DNA from: Chthoniobacteraceae bacterium
GTDB lineage: Bacteria; Verrucomicrobiota; Verrucomicrobiia; Chthoniobacterales; Chthoniobacteraceae
Direction of reading: 5' to 3'
Assembly (NCBI GenBank): GCA_037190965.1
Contig: JBBCKI010000002.1
Coordinates: 64,001 to 128,000 of the forward strand
Length of the DNA stretch: 64,000 bases
Each line of letters opens with the position of its first letter. The stretch's first letter is position 1. Below, in pieces: positions 21,472-31,172 of the stretch. The position numbers and the translations under genes were made by a program. Below the pieces are notes generated by a model. It did not search any database and was not told where the DNA came from. It saw only the letters and a program-made list of their open reading frames with translations.

Positions 21472-22299
21472 ATGGCTTCTGATTTGTTTGATCTGACCGG
21501 CGAAGTGGCAGTGGTAATCGGCGCGACGGGGGTGCTTGGCGGGGCATTGGCCGAAGGGCTGGCCCGCGCGGGTGCCCGCGTGGCCGTTCTGGGCCGCAAC
21601 GCGGAGCGCGGCAATGCGTGCGTGCAGAGGATTACGCAATGCGCCCCTGCCGACGGCGGAGAACGGGCGCGCTTCTTTGCAGCCGACGCGGCCGATCGCG
21701 CAAGCCTCGCGGCGGCTCGCGAGGCGGTGGAAGCCGCCTTCGGCCCTGTCACGGTGCTCGTCAACGCGGCGGGCGGCAATGATCCCAAGGTGACCGTCAC
21801 GCCCGAGCGGCCTTTCGAAACCATCGAGGCGGGCGACTGGAAAGCGGCCTTCGACCTCAACCTCGTCGGCGGCGCGCTGCTGCCGTGCCAGGAGTTTGGC
21901 CCCGCGATGGTCAAACAAGGCAAGGGAAGCATCATCAATATCGCCAGCGTTTCCGCACATCTTCCGCTGTCCCGGGTGGTGGCGTATTCGTCGGCAAAGG
22001 CAGCGGTACTTAACCTCACTCAGTTCCTCTCCCGCGAATGGGCGCAGAGCGGCGTCCGGGTCAATTCGATCACCCCGGGGTTCTTCCCAGCGGAACAGAA
22101 TCGCCGCCTTCTCTTCAACGAAGACGGCACCCCGACGCCGCGCGCGCAGTCGATCCTCGGGCACACGCCCGCGGGCCGCTTCGGCGAGGCGCAGGAATTG
22201 ATCGGCGCGGCCGTCTTTCTCGCCAGCCAGCGAGCGAGCGGTTTTGTGACCGGCATCGACCTCCGGGTTGACGGCGGTTTCCTCTCGCAGACGATCTAA
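21472..22299 (+). CDS. SDR oxidoreductase, D-mannonate oxidoreductase (fructuronate reductase)-like
   Basis: GATGVLG, LVNAAGGN, YSSAK, NSITPGFFPAEQNRRLLFNEDGTPTPRAQSILGHTPAGRFG: resembles SDR-type UxuB. Confidence 0.75.
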   Translation: MASDLFDLTGEVAVVIGATGVLGGALAEGLARAGARVAVLGRNAERGNACVQRITQCAPADGGERARFFAADAADRASLAAAREAVEAAFGPVTVLVNAAGGNDPKVTVTPERPFETIEAGDWKAAFDLNLVGGALLPCQEFGPAMVKQGKGSIINIASVSAHLPLSRVVAYSSAKAAVLNLTQFLSREWAQSGVRVNSITPGFFPAEQNRRLLFNEDGTPTPRAQSILGHTPAGRFGEAQELIGAAVFLASQRASGFVTGIDLRVDGGFLSQTI

Positions 22300-22330
22300 T
22301 CCGATCCAATCCCCTTCCCCACCCATCCCC

Positions 22331-23608
22331 ATGTCCGTTATCTCCCGCACCTCGACAACGTCCGTTACCGCCGAAGAAACCGCCTCCGCGATTGCCGAAG
22401 CGTTTCCCGCCAAGGACTTCCGCGACAAACGTGTATTGGTCATCATCCCCGATGCGACACGCACCGCGCCCGTCGGTCTTCTGTTTGCCACGCTGCACCG
22501 GCAGATCGCCGCCGCAACGAGCGCGTTCGACATCATGATCGCGCTCGGCACGCATGCGCCGATGAGCGAGGCGGCCATTTGCGAACGGCTGGAGATTTCG
22601 CGCGAGGAACGCAGTTCGACCTATTCCAAGGTACAGTTCTTCAACCACGAATGGGACAACCCCGAGGCGCTGCGCGATCTCGGCACCATTCCGGCATCGG
22701 AGATCAACGAACTCTCGGGCGGGCTGTTCGCGATGGATGTGCCGGTGCATATCAACAAGCGGCTCTTCGATTACGACCAGATCGTCATCATCGGCCCGGT
22801 GTTCCCGCATGAAGTCGTCGGCTGCTCGGGCGGCAACAAGTACCTCTTCCCCGGCGTTTCCGGGCCGGAGATCCTGAACTTCTTCCACTGGCTGGGCGCG
22901 GTGATCACCAACCCGATGATCATCGGAAACAAGTGGACCCCCGTGCGCCGCGTCGTGGATCGCGCCGCCGCGATGGTCGACATCCCGAAGCTCTGCTGCT
23001 CGATGGTGGTCAACAAGACCGGCTTTGCGGGGCTCTTCATCGGCACGCCGGAGGAGTCGTGGGATCAGGCCAGCGAACTCTCCCGCGAGCTTCACATCGT
23101 TTACAAGGAGAAGCCCTTCCACACGATTCTCTCCTGCGCCCCCGCGATGTACGACGAGCTTTGGGTCGGCGGCAAATGCATGTACAAGCTCGAACCGGTG
23201 CTGGCCGACGGCGGCGAACTGATCATCTACGCGCCGCACATCAAAGAGATCTCCGTGGTGCATGGAAAACTGATCGAAGAGATCGGCTACCCTTGCCGCG
23301 ACTACTTCCTCAAGCAGTGGGACAAGTATAAAGACTACCCATGGGGCGTGGTGGCGCACTCCACCCACGTTCACGGCGTGGGGACTTATGAAAACGGCGT
23401 GGAGAAACGCCGCGCAATGGTGACCCTGGCGACCGGCATCCCGAAAGAGATCTGCGAGAAGGTGAACTTCGGCTATCGCGATCCCGCCACGATCCGCATG
23501 GAAGACTATGCCAATCGGGAGGACGAAGGCGTTCTCCTTGTGCCGAAGGCGGGCGAGATGCTCTACCAGCTCAGAGAGCCCGCGCCGTGGGCCAAGGGGA
23601 GCAACTAG
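22331..23608 (+). CDS. LarA-family (lactate racemase domain) nickel-pincer racemase/epimerase (start moved to ATG 22331)
   Basis: IPDATRT, IALGTHAPMS, PHEVVGCSGGNKYLFPG, GGELII motifs. Confidence 0.85.
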   Translation: MSVISRTSTTSVTAEETASAIAEAFPAKDFRDKRVLVIIPDATRTAPVGLLFATLHRQIAAATSAFDIMIALGTHAPMSEAAICERLEISREERSSTYSKVQFFNHEWDNPEALRDLGTIPASEINELSGGLFAMDVPVHINKRLFDYDQIVIIGPVFPHEVVGCSGGNKYLFPGVSGPEILNFFHWLGAVITNPMIIGNKWTPVRRVVDRAAAMVDIPKLCCSMVVNKTGFAGLFIGTPEESWDQASELSRELHIVYKEKPFHTILSCAPAMYDELWVGGKCMYKLEPVLADGGELIIYAPHIKEISVVHGKLIEEIGYPCRDYFLKQWDKYKDYPWGVVAHSTHVHGVGTYENGVEKRRAMVTLATGIPKEICEKVNFGYRDPATIRMEDYANREDEGVLLVPKAGEMLYQLREPAPWAKGSN

Positions 23609-23672
23609 CTCGTGACCAGAGGGACGACTCACGTCGAGAGGAAAGGCATAGGCGAGCGCCTTCGGCGTTACC

Positions 23673-23782
23673 GGCGTCGCGGAGCTCCGCCCTCCGTCGA
23701 TGGCGCTACCGCGCCAGTCTTCCACCCTCGTCCTGCGCGCGCTTGTCGCGCGATTCACCGGAGGGCGGAGCTCTGCGACGCC
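23673..23782. repeat. REP-like inverted doublet, family C
   Basis: GGCGTCGCGGAGCTCCGCCCTCC (23673-23695) and GGAGGGCGGAGCTCTGCGACGCC (23760-23782): 23-bp inverted repeat with one mismatch. Confidence 0.65.
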
Positions 23783-23834
23783 GCCCTTGGCCGCAGGCCC
23801 TCTTCTTTGTCTTTAAACATACCCCACTAGCGAC

Positions 23835-25292
23835 ATGGATCTGATTCTTGCCTTCGACATCGGCACTTCGTCACTGCGCACTTCGCTCTTTACCTCGAAT
23901 GCCGAGCGGCTGGTGCATACCACGGCGCAGGAAACCTATCCCCTTCACACCACACCCGACGGCGGGGCGGAGCTTACCCCCGCCCTCCTTCGCGAAGCGG
24001 CACTCCGTTGCCTGGAGGCGACGCTGCACACGCTGCGCCATGATAAATCATTGGCCGGGGCGCGGGTGGTGGGAATCGGCGCGTCGTGTTTCTGGCACAG
24101 CTTTGTCGGCATCGCCAGGGATAATACCGCCATCACGCCCGTGATTACATGGGCCGATTCCCGCTGCAAGGGAGACGCGGCGGCGTTGCGCGAAGAGTTT
24201 GACGAACGCGACACCCATGCCCGCACCGGGTGCATGTTGCGCGCCTCCTTCTGGCCCGCCAAGCTCGTCTGGTTGCAACGCGCGAAGCCGTCGCTTTTCA
24301 AAAAAGTACGCGAATGGATTTCCCCGGCGGAATGGCTCCAGCGCGAGCTTTGCGGCGAGGCGTTTTGCGCCTACGGCATGGCGACCGGCACCGGTCTTTT
24401 CAACCCGACCAAACTGGCATGGGTCCCCGGTCTGCTGGAACGCTGCCGCGTTACACCGGATCAGTTGGGGCAGCTCGGCGATACGCCCACGGAACTCCAG
24501 CCTGCGTGGGCGGCAAAGTTTCCCGAACTCGCGGGCGTTCCATGGTTCCCGGCCATCGGCGACGGCGCGGCAAGCAATCTCGGTTCCGGGGCGACAAGGC
24601 CCGGTCTCGCGGCGATCAACGTCGGCACCAGCGCCGCCCTTCGCGTCATGACGGAAGGAAGCCGCGCCCGCGCGCCGTTTGGCCTCTTCTGCTACCGGGT
24701 GGACGCCACGCGCTTCCTGATCGGCGGCGCGGTGAGCAACGCGGGAAACCTCCGGGCATGGTGCCTGAGGGAACTGCAACTCCCCACCGACGCGGTGGAA
24801 ATCGAGCGAGAACTCCAGGCCCGTTCGCGCCCGGAACATGGCCTTACCGTTCTTCCGTTCTGGACGGCGGAACGCGCTCCCACCTGGCGCGACGATGTGC
24901 AGGGTGCTGTCGCGGGCCTCACCCAAAGCACCACAGCCATGGATATTCTCCAGGCGACAACGGAAGCCGTCTACTATCGTATCGCCCGCATCGCGGAAAT
25001 GGTGATGAAACACGAGGGCTCGCAGCCGAAGTTCATTGTCTCCGGCGGTATCCAGAAATCGCCGGCCTCCATCGCGCGGCTGGCGAACATTCTCGACGCG
25101 CCGCTTTACGCCAACGACGAAGCCGAAGCCTCCATCCGGGGCGCGGCGGTTTTCGTGGCGGAGAAACTCGGGCTCTCCATCCCTCCCTTCAAAAACGGCA
25201 GGCCGGTGAAACCAAACCGGCGCAACGCCGCCGTTTACCGCGAACATCGTGCGACCCAGGAGAAGCTGGAGAGCTTGCTGACCGGGGCGTAG
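23835..25292 (+). CDS. gntK: FGGY-family carbohydrate kinase, gluconokinase-like
   Basis: FDIGTSSLR, FWHSFVG, ITWADSR, IGDGAASNLGSG, INVGTSAALRV, GGAVSNAG, ERAPTW. Confidence 0.8.
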   Translation: MDLILAFDIGTSSLRTSLFTSNAERLVHTTAQETYPLHTTPDGGAELTPALLREAALRCLEATLHTLRHDKSLAGARVVGIGASCFWHSFVGIARDNTAITPVITWADSRCKGDAAALREEFDERDTHARTGCMLRASFWPAKLVWLQRAKPSLFKKVREWISPAEWLQRELCGEAFCAYGMATGTGLFNPTKLAWVPGLLERCRVTPDQLGQLGDTPTELQPAWAAKFPELAGVPWFPAIGDGAASNLGSGATRPGLAAINVGTSAALRVMTEGSRARAPFGLFCYRVDATRFLIGGAVSNAGNLRAWCLRELQLPTDAVEIERELQARSRPEHGLTVLPFWTAERAPTWRDDVQGAVAGLTQSTTAMDILQATTEAVYYRIARIAEMVMKHEGSQPKFIVSGGIQKSPASIARLANILDAPLYANDEAEASIRGAAVFVAEKLGLSIPPFKNGRPVKPNRRNAAVYREHRATQEKLESLLTGA

Positions 25293-25317
25293 AATTACGC
25301 CCCGTTCCCTTCCTCGC

Positions 25318-26655
25318 TTATTCGGCGGCCAGTTCCGCGGCCGCTTTTCTCATCCGTCTCACCGTCCGCTCGCGTCCGAGCACTTCCAGCATGTGGTAAA
25401 GGCTCGGGCCGACGGAGCGGCCGCTGACGGAGACGCGAGTAGGGTGGATCAGTTCGCCCGTCTTGACGCCCAGTTCCACGGCGGTCGCCTTGAGGGTCGC
25501 CTCTAGCGCTTCCACCGTCCAAGCGTCCAGCGCCTCGTAACGGGCCGCCAGCGCGTTGAGCCGCCCGGCCGCTCCCGGCTTGCGCAAAGTTTTCTCCACT
25601 GCTTCCGCGTCGAACTCCACCGCGTCGGAGAAGAAATAGCCGATCCATGCCGGAACTTCGTTCAAGTGCTTGATCTTCTCCTTTACGATCGCCAGCACCG
25701 GCTTGAGCGCGTCGGGCGAGCCGTAGGCAATCCCCGCCTTGTCGATGAAGGGGAGGCTCAATTCGGCGAACCGGTCGAGGCTCATCTGGAGGAGATACTG
25801 ACCGTTGATCCAGTAGCACTTATCAAGATCGAAAGAGGCGCTGCGCCGGTTGATCTTGGGAAGGTCGAAGAGGGAGATGATCTCGTCGATGTCGAGAACC
25901 TCGCGGTTATCCTTGGGCGACCAGCCGAGCAGGCAGAGGTAATTGCGAACCGCCTCGGGTGCATACCCCTGCTCAATATACCCCGCGATGGAGGCCCCCT
26001 GGTCGCGCTTGCTCATCTTGGAGCCGTCGCGATTGAGAATCAGCGGGATATGCGCAAAGCGGGGCGGCTCCACGCCGAGAGCCTGATAAAGCTCGATATG
26101 CTTCGGCGTGTTGGAGAGGTGATCCTCGCCGCGAATCACGTGCGTCATCTTCATCTCGATGTCGTCGACGACGTTGACGAAGTGGAAAATCCACCCCCCG
26201 TCCGGACGGCGGATGGTGATGTCCGGGTGCGTCATCGGGTTGGAGAGGTCGAAGGAAATCTTCCCGCAAACGAGATCTTCCAGCACGACCGTCTTCCGGG
26301 GTGAGCGGAAACGCCATGCGCCACCATCCTCATAAAGATGCCCGGCGGCTTTGAGCTGCTCGAAATAGCGGAGATAGACCGCCTCGCGCTCGCTCTGAAA
26401 ATAGGGGCCGTACTCGCCCTCGTTCTCCAACTGGGGGCCTTCATCCCAGTCGAGCCCCAGCCAACGGAGCCCGTCGTAAATCGCCTGGGTGGCTTCCACC
26501 GTGTTGCGCGCCTTGTCGGTATCCTCAATGCGCAAGATGAACTTGCCCCCGGTGTGCCGGGCGTAAAGCCAGTTGAACAGCGCGGTACGGGCGCCACCCA
26601 CATGAAGGTAGCCGGTGGGCGAAGGGGCGAAGCGAACACGAACGTTGGAACTCAT
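25318..26655 (-). CDS. gltX: Glutamate--tRNA ligase (start moved to ATG 26655)
   Basis: RVRFAPSPTGYLHVGGARTALFN, LRIEDTD, HVIRGEDH, KMSKR. Confidence 0.96.
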   Translation of the reverse strand: MSSNVRVRFAPSPTGYLHVGGARTALFNWLYARHTGGKFILRIEDTDKARNTVEATQAIYDGLRWLGLDWDEGPQLENEGEYGPYFQSEREAVYLRYFEQLKAAGHLYEDGGAWRFRSPRKTVVLEDLVCGKISFDLSNPMTHPDITIRRPDGGWIFHFVNVVDDIEMKMTHVIRGEDHLSNTPKHIELYQALGVEPPRFAHIPLILNRDGSKMSKRDQGASIAGYIEQGYAPEAVRNYLCLLGWSPKDNREVLDIDEIISLFDLPKINRRSASFDLDKCYWINGQYLLQMSLDRFAELSLPFIDKAGIAYGSPDALKPVLAIVKEKIKHLNEVPAWIGYFFSDAVEFDAEAVEKTLRKPGAAGRLNALAARYEALDAWTVEALEATLKATAVELGVKTGELIHPTRVSVSGRSVGPSLYHMLEVLGRERTVRRMRKAAAELAAE

Positions 26656-26779
26656 AGGAACCCGCAATCTTGCACGAGACTCCGCGCTTTTTCACCCCTG
26701 ATTTTCGGATATTTTACGCTCAAAATTACCCACACCGGCTTGCACTTTTGTAACCGGCATCTAGGATGCGGCGAATTTT

Positions 26780-27880
26780 ATGTCCATCTGGAACTACGCC
26801 AACCCGCAGCTTCGTGAACTGATCTCCTACGAACCGGGTAAACCGGTGGAGGATGTGGCCCGCGAACTGGGGCTCAAGCCTTCGGAAATCATCAAGCTCG
26901 CTTCCAACGAAAACCCGCTGGGCCCCTCGCCCAAGGCGCTGGAAGCCATGCGCGAGGCACTGGAGCGTTCCCACTTTTACCCGGATGGCGGCGGCTACTA
27001 CCTGCGCGAAGCCATCGCGCAGAAGTTCGATCTCAAGCGCGAGAACGTCATCCTCGGCAACGGCTCGAACGAAATCATCGAATTTATCGGCAAAGGCTTC
27101 CTGAAACCGGGGGACGAGATCGTCACCGCGCGGCACTCTTTTGCCGTCTACAAGCTGATGGCCCAGCTCTTCGGCGCGAGAACCATCGAGGTGGACGACC
27201 CGCATTTCACGCATGACCTCACTGCCATGGCGGCCGCGATCACCCCGCGCACGAAGGAAGTTTTCGTCGCCAACCCCAACAACCCGACCGGCACCCTCGT
27301 CTCCCAAGCGGAGATCGACCGGTTTGTGGACCGCGTGCCGGAGCATGTGGTGATCGTCTTCGACGAGGCGTACTACGAGTTCCTCGACACCCCGCCGGAC
27401 ACTCTCAAGTTCATCCGCCAGGGCCGCCCCAACATCATTGTCTTGCGGACTTTCTCGAAGATTCAAGGGCTGGCCAGCCTTCGCATCGGCTACGGTCTCG
27501 GGAGCCCGGAGCTGGTTGATGTCCTCCAGAAGACACGCCAGCCCTTCAACGCCAACGGCATTGCCCAGGCGGGAGCTTTGGCCGGGTTGCTCGACGACGA
27601 GCACCAGCGCGCGACCCGCGAGTTGACCCACGAAGGACGCGACTACCTGCAAAGGAGCTTTGCCTCCCTGGGGCTCAAATTCGTCCCCAGCCAGGCGAAT
27701 TTCGTGCTCGTCAAAGTCGGCGACGGCAAGGCGCTTTTCCAGGCGCTGCTCAAACGCGGTGTAATCGTGCGCGACATGAATTCCTACGGCCTCCCCGAGT
27801 GGATCCGCGTCTCCATCGGCACGATGGAGCAGAACCGCCGTTTCATCCGGGAACTGAATCTGGTCCTCGGGTCGGCGTAA
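26780..27880 (+). CDS. hisC: Histidinol-phosphate aminotransferase
   Basis: YEPGKP, IKLASNENPLGPSP, GNGSNE, NPNNPTG, DEAYYE, RTFSKIQGLASLRIGY. Confidence 0.95.
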   Translation: MSIWNYANPQLRELISYEPGKPVEDVARELGLKPSEIIKLASNENPLGPSPKALEAMREALERSHFYPDGGGYYLREAIAQKFDLKRENVILGNGSNEIIEFIGKGFLKPGDEIVTARHSFAVYKLMAQLFGARTIEVDDPHFTHDLTAMAAAITPRTKEVFVANPNNPTGTLVSQAEIDRFVDRVPEHVVIVFDEAYYEFLDTPPDTLKFIRQGRPNIIVLRTFSKIQGLASLRIGYGLGSPELVDVLQKTRQPFNANGIAQAGALAGLLDDEHQRATRELTHEGRDYLQRSFASLGLKFVPSQANFVLVKVGDGKALFQALLKRGVIVRDMNSYGLPEWIRVSIGTMEQNRRFIRELNLVLGSA

Positions 27881-27900
27881 CCGAACGTCCATCGGCGATT

Positions 27901-28063
27901 GGTAGACCGCTCTCGCCGAGAGCGTGGGATTGATGATGAGCCACGTTTGACGCTCATCCCCGCCGGACGGGCCGAACGGGCTACTGCGATTGGGATGTGG
28001 CCTCATGAAGCATCGGAAGCTGATACCCGCGCTCGACGGCGCGAGCGGGCTACCGGTGCTGCC
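27901..28063 (+). repeat. REPIN-like element family A, copy 2
   Basis: GGTAGACCGCTCTCGCCGAGAGCG...CGCGCTCGACGGCGCGAGCGGGCTACCGGTGCTGCC. Confidence 0.85.
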
Positions 28064-28100
28064 GCATCCGTTACTCCGGCCCAAACCTTCAGAAATTTTT

Positions 28101-28142
28101 CATTTACATTTGTAATCAATTCAACGATTACAAATGTAAATG
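28101..28142. promoter_or_regulatory. BlaI/MecI/CopY double operator (two TACA-N2-TGTA boxes)
   Basis: Perfect 17-bp inverted repeat CATTTACATTTGTAATC-N8-GATTACAAATGTAAATG; each arm holds TACAnnTGTA; the second arm overlaps the repressor ATG. Confidence 0.88.
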
Positions 28143-28520
28143 GACAACACGCCGCGTATTTCTGACGCCGAGTGGCAGGTCATCAAAGTCATTTGGCAAC
28201 GACCAGGCATTTCCGCGCAGGAAATCATTGAGGAACTGGAGCACTCCTCGAGTTGGAGCCCGGCTACCATCAAGACGCTTCTCAATCGGCTCCTTAAAAA
28301 GAAGGCTCTTCGTTTTGAAAAAGAGGGCAAGGCGTATTGCTATCATGCGCTGGTCTCCGAAGAGGAATGCCGCCAGTCCGAATCGGACTCATTCCTTTCC
28401 CGCGTCTTCGACGGAGCGCTTTCCCCGATGCTCGCACACTTCATCCGCTCCAGGCCGTTGAGCGAGGAGGAACTGAACGAACTTGAATCGCTCGTTCGCC
28501 AAAAGAAGGGGAAGCCATGA
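28140..28520 (+). CDS. BlaI/MecI/CopY-family repressor
   Basis: ISDAEWQVIKVIW, WSPATIKTLLNRLLKK, FLSRVFDG, LSEEELNEL. Confidence 0.93.
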   Translation: MDNTPRISDAEWQVIKVIWQRPGISAQEIIEELEHSSSWSPATIKTLLNRLLKKKALRFEKEGKAYCYHALVSEEECRQSESDSFLSRVFDGALSPMLAHFIRSRPLSEEELNELESLVRQKKGKP

Positions 28521-29899
28521 CCCTCCTCTATCTTTCCTTGGCGGGCTCCATTACGACGCTCTTCGTCATTGCGCTGGATCGTTTGCTATCCCGCTCCATG
28601 AGCACCCGCTGGCGACGGGCATGGTGGATCTTCCTTCCTCTCTTCTTTCTTCACCCTCCCATCCAGCTGGCGGTAATCCCTGCCCCCTCCCTGAACGGAA
28701 AGTCTCCGGCCACCGTCAAAGCCGAGAAGATCGACTTTCCTCAAAACACAGAATCCCTACCCGAGACAACACTCACTGCGTGGGAACCACTGCTGTCGTT
28801 CACCCTATGGACAGGATGGGCTCTGGGAGCAATAGGCACCCTGATCGTCGTCATGGTTCAAACCCACCGCGCCGCGCGCCGCTGGGCGACCGAGCCGCTT
28901 TGCATCGATTCGGATCTGCTCGGACTGCTTGAAGATTGCAAAGCGAAGGCGGGCGTCACCGCACCCATCGGCCTCGTCCTCTCAGACCATGTCGCCTCCC
29001 CCGCTCTCCTCGGCTGGCTTCGCCCGCGCATCCTCATCCCAGCCTCGCTCGCAAAAACGCTCCCGCATCGGCAACTCCGTGCCATCCTCCTGCATGAGCT
29101 GGCGCACTTCCGCCACTTCGATATTCCTGCCGGATGGTTATTCAACCTCGTGCGGGCGGTTCACTGGTTTAATCCCTTCGCTCACCTTGCCGCGCACGCC
29201 TGGGCTCGCTTCCGGGAGGAAGCCGCGGACGAAACGGCCATTCAATGGATGCAGTCTGAGGCGGATGACGCCCAAACCTATCAAGAAGCCCTGCTTTCTG
29301 CCCTTAGAGACGCCAACAAACCCTCGCCCTCGGTCCCGGTCGGCGCACTAGCCATCGGAGAATCCATCGCCGCCATCAAACAACGATTCATTATGATCCA
29401 AAACCACCCAAATCGATCCATGCGCCCCGCACTCGGCATTGCAATCGCCCTGCTTCTTCTGACTCCGATTTTCTTTAGGCCCGTCTATGCCGAGGATAAA
29501 GCCCCAAAGAAGGAAATCTCAGCAAATGACGCCGCCAAAGCCGAGGCGGTCAAAGCGATGACCTCATGGCTCAACACCATCGACGAAGGAGACTATCCAA
29601 AGAGCTGGAAGAACGCCTCCAAATTCTTCAGAACCGCCGTCACCGAAGAACAGTGGATCGCCGCCTGCAAGAGCGTGCGCGGTCCTCTGGGAAAACTGAT
29701 TGAAAGGGAACTCGTCTCTGCACTGTACCAGACCGAGATTCCCCTCCCCGATGGAACCCTCAAGAAAGCCAAGGTCGTCATCGCTCAGTTCGACGCCTCC
29801 TACGAGAATCTCGATTCCGCCCGCGAAACCGTCACCTTCGAGCAAGAGGAAGACGGCTCCTGGAGAGCCTCGGGCTACTACGTGAAACCTAAACTTTAG
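28517..29899 (+). CDS. BlaR1-like M56 metallopeptidase with C-terminal DUF4019-like domain
   Basis: SPALLGWLRPRILIP, HELAH, VHWFNP, REEAADE; C-terminal WLNTIDEGDYPKSW...RETVTF...WRASGYY. Confidence 0.88.
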   Translation: MTLLYLSLAGSITTLFVIALDRLLSRSMSTRWRRAWWIFLPLFFLHPPIQLAVIPAPSLNGKSPATVKAEKIDFPQNTESLPETTLTAWEPLLSFTLWTGWALGAIGTLIVVMVQTHRAARRWATEPLCIDSDLLGLLEDCKAKAGVTAPIGLVLSDHVASPALLGWLRPRILIPASLAKTLPHRQLRAILLHELAHFRHFDIPAGWLFNLVRAVHWFNPFAHLAAHAWARFREEAADETAIQWMQSEADDAQTYQEALLSALRDANKPSPSVPVGALAIGESIAAIKQRFIMIQNHPNRSMRPALGIAIALLLLTPIFFRPVYAEDKAPKKEISANDAAKAEAVKAMTSWLNTIDEGDYPKSWKNASKFFRTAVTEEQWIAACKSVRGPLGKLIERELVSALYQTEIPLPDGTLKKAKVVIAQFDASYENLDSARETVTFEQEEDGSWRASGYYVKPKL

Positions 29900-31172
29900 A
29901 GCGTTTCCGTCCGTTTCCGTTACCGTTCTCTCCCCGCATTCCCACCGTCTTGAGCGCCGCGCCGGTCCCCGACGGAACACTGGCGGCGCGGCCTCCCGAT
30001 TTCACCTTTCCCAGCGACACCAGTTTCCCCGAGCTATTGCCGTTCTTCCCGTTCCCCCGCTTCACTCCGGCCGCTTCCGCAATATGATTAAACAGGGTCA
30101 AGGCCTGCGCGACCACCTGATCCATGTTGTAGTACCGATAAGTCGCGAGCCTTCCGGCAAAATGAACGCCCGGCGTCGCGTGCGCGAGCTCCTGATAACG
30201 TCGATATAGCTCCGCATTCTTCGGCTGCGGCACGGGATAATAGGGATCGCCCTCAGCTTGTGGAAACTCGTAAACGATGCTGGTCTTCGCGTGTTTCTGG
30301 CCGGTCAGGTATTTGAATTCGGTGATCCGCGTGAAGAGATGCTCATTCGGGTAGTTGACCACGGGAGCAGCTTGAAAGAACTCCACATCGTGCGTCTCAT
30401 GCCGGAACTCCAGACAGCGATAGGGTAGCTTTCCGAACCGGAAATCGAAGAACTCATCCACCGGCCCCGTGAAGATCATCTCCCCATACGGGATTGCGTC
30501 CACAATCTCCCGGTAGTCGGTGTTGAGAAGCAGTTTGATGTTGGGATGGTCGAGCATGTTCTCGAACATCCGCGTATAGCCCAGCTTCGGCATCGCCTGG
30601 TAGGCGTCGGTGAAATAGCGATCGTCGCGATTGGAACGCGTCGGCACACGGGCCGTGACCTGGGCGTCGAGCTCGGAGGGGTCGAGCCCCCACTGCTTGC
30701 GTGTGTAACCCCGGAAGAACTTGTTATAGAGTTCACGCCCCACTTTGCTGACGACAACATCCTCGGAGGTGCGGATCACGCTCTTGCTTTCCGCCACGGA
30801 TTTGAAGAAATCCTCCACCTGCCGTGCGTTGAGGTTCAACCCATAGAGCATATTGATCGTGTCTAGGTTGATCGGAATCGGCACAAGTCGTCCGTCGACG
30901 CTGGCCCGCACACGATGTTCATAGTTGCGCCACTCCGTGAACTGCCCGAGGTACTCGAAGACCTCCCGCGAGGCGGTGTGGAAGATATGCGGCCCGTATT
31001 TATGCACGAGCAGGCCGTCTCCATTGTAAAAATCGTAAGCGTTCCCGGCGATATGATTGCGCCTGTCGACGATGAGCACCCGCTTCCCCAATCCACGCGC
31101 GAGCCGCTCCGCGAGCACGCTTCCGGCGTAGCCCGCACCGACGATCAGATAGTCGAAGAGCGGCGTTTTCAT
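29889..31172 (-). CDS. glf: UDP-galactopyranose mutase
   Basis: IVGAGYAG, HIAGNAYD, HKYGPHIFHT, YTRKQWG, PYYPVP, GRLATYRYYNMDQVV. Confidence 0.95.
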   Translation of the reverse strand: MKTPLFDYLIVGAGYAGSVLAERLARGLGKRVLIVDRRNHIAGNAYDFYNGDGLLVHKYGPHIFHTASREVFEYLGQFTEWRNYEHRVRASVDGRLVPIPINLDTINMLYGLNLNARQVEDFFKSVAESKSVIRTSEDVVVSKVGRELYNKFFRGYTRKQWGLDPSELDAQVTARVPTRSNRDDRYFTDAYQAMPKLGYTRMFENMLDHPNIKLLLNTDYREIVDAIPYGEMIFTGPVDEFFDFRFGKLPYRCLEFRHETHDVEFFQAAPVVNYPNEHLFTRITEFKYLTGQKHAKTSIVYEFPQAEGDPYYPVPQPKNAELYRRYQELAHATPGVHFAGRLATYRYYNMDQVVAQALTLFNHIAEAAGVKRGNGKNGNSSGKLVSLGKVKSGGRAASVPSGTGAALKTVGMRGENGNGNGRKRSKV

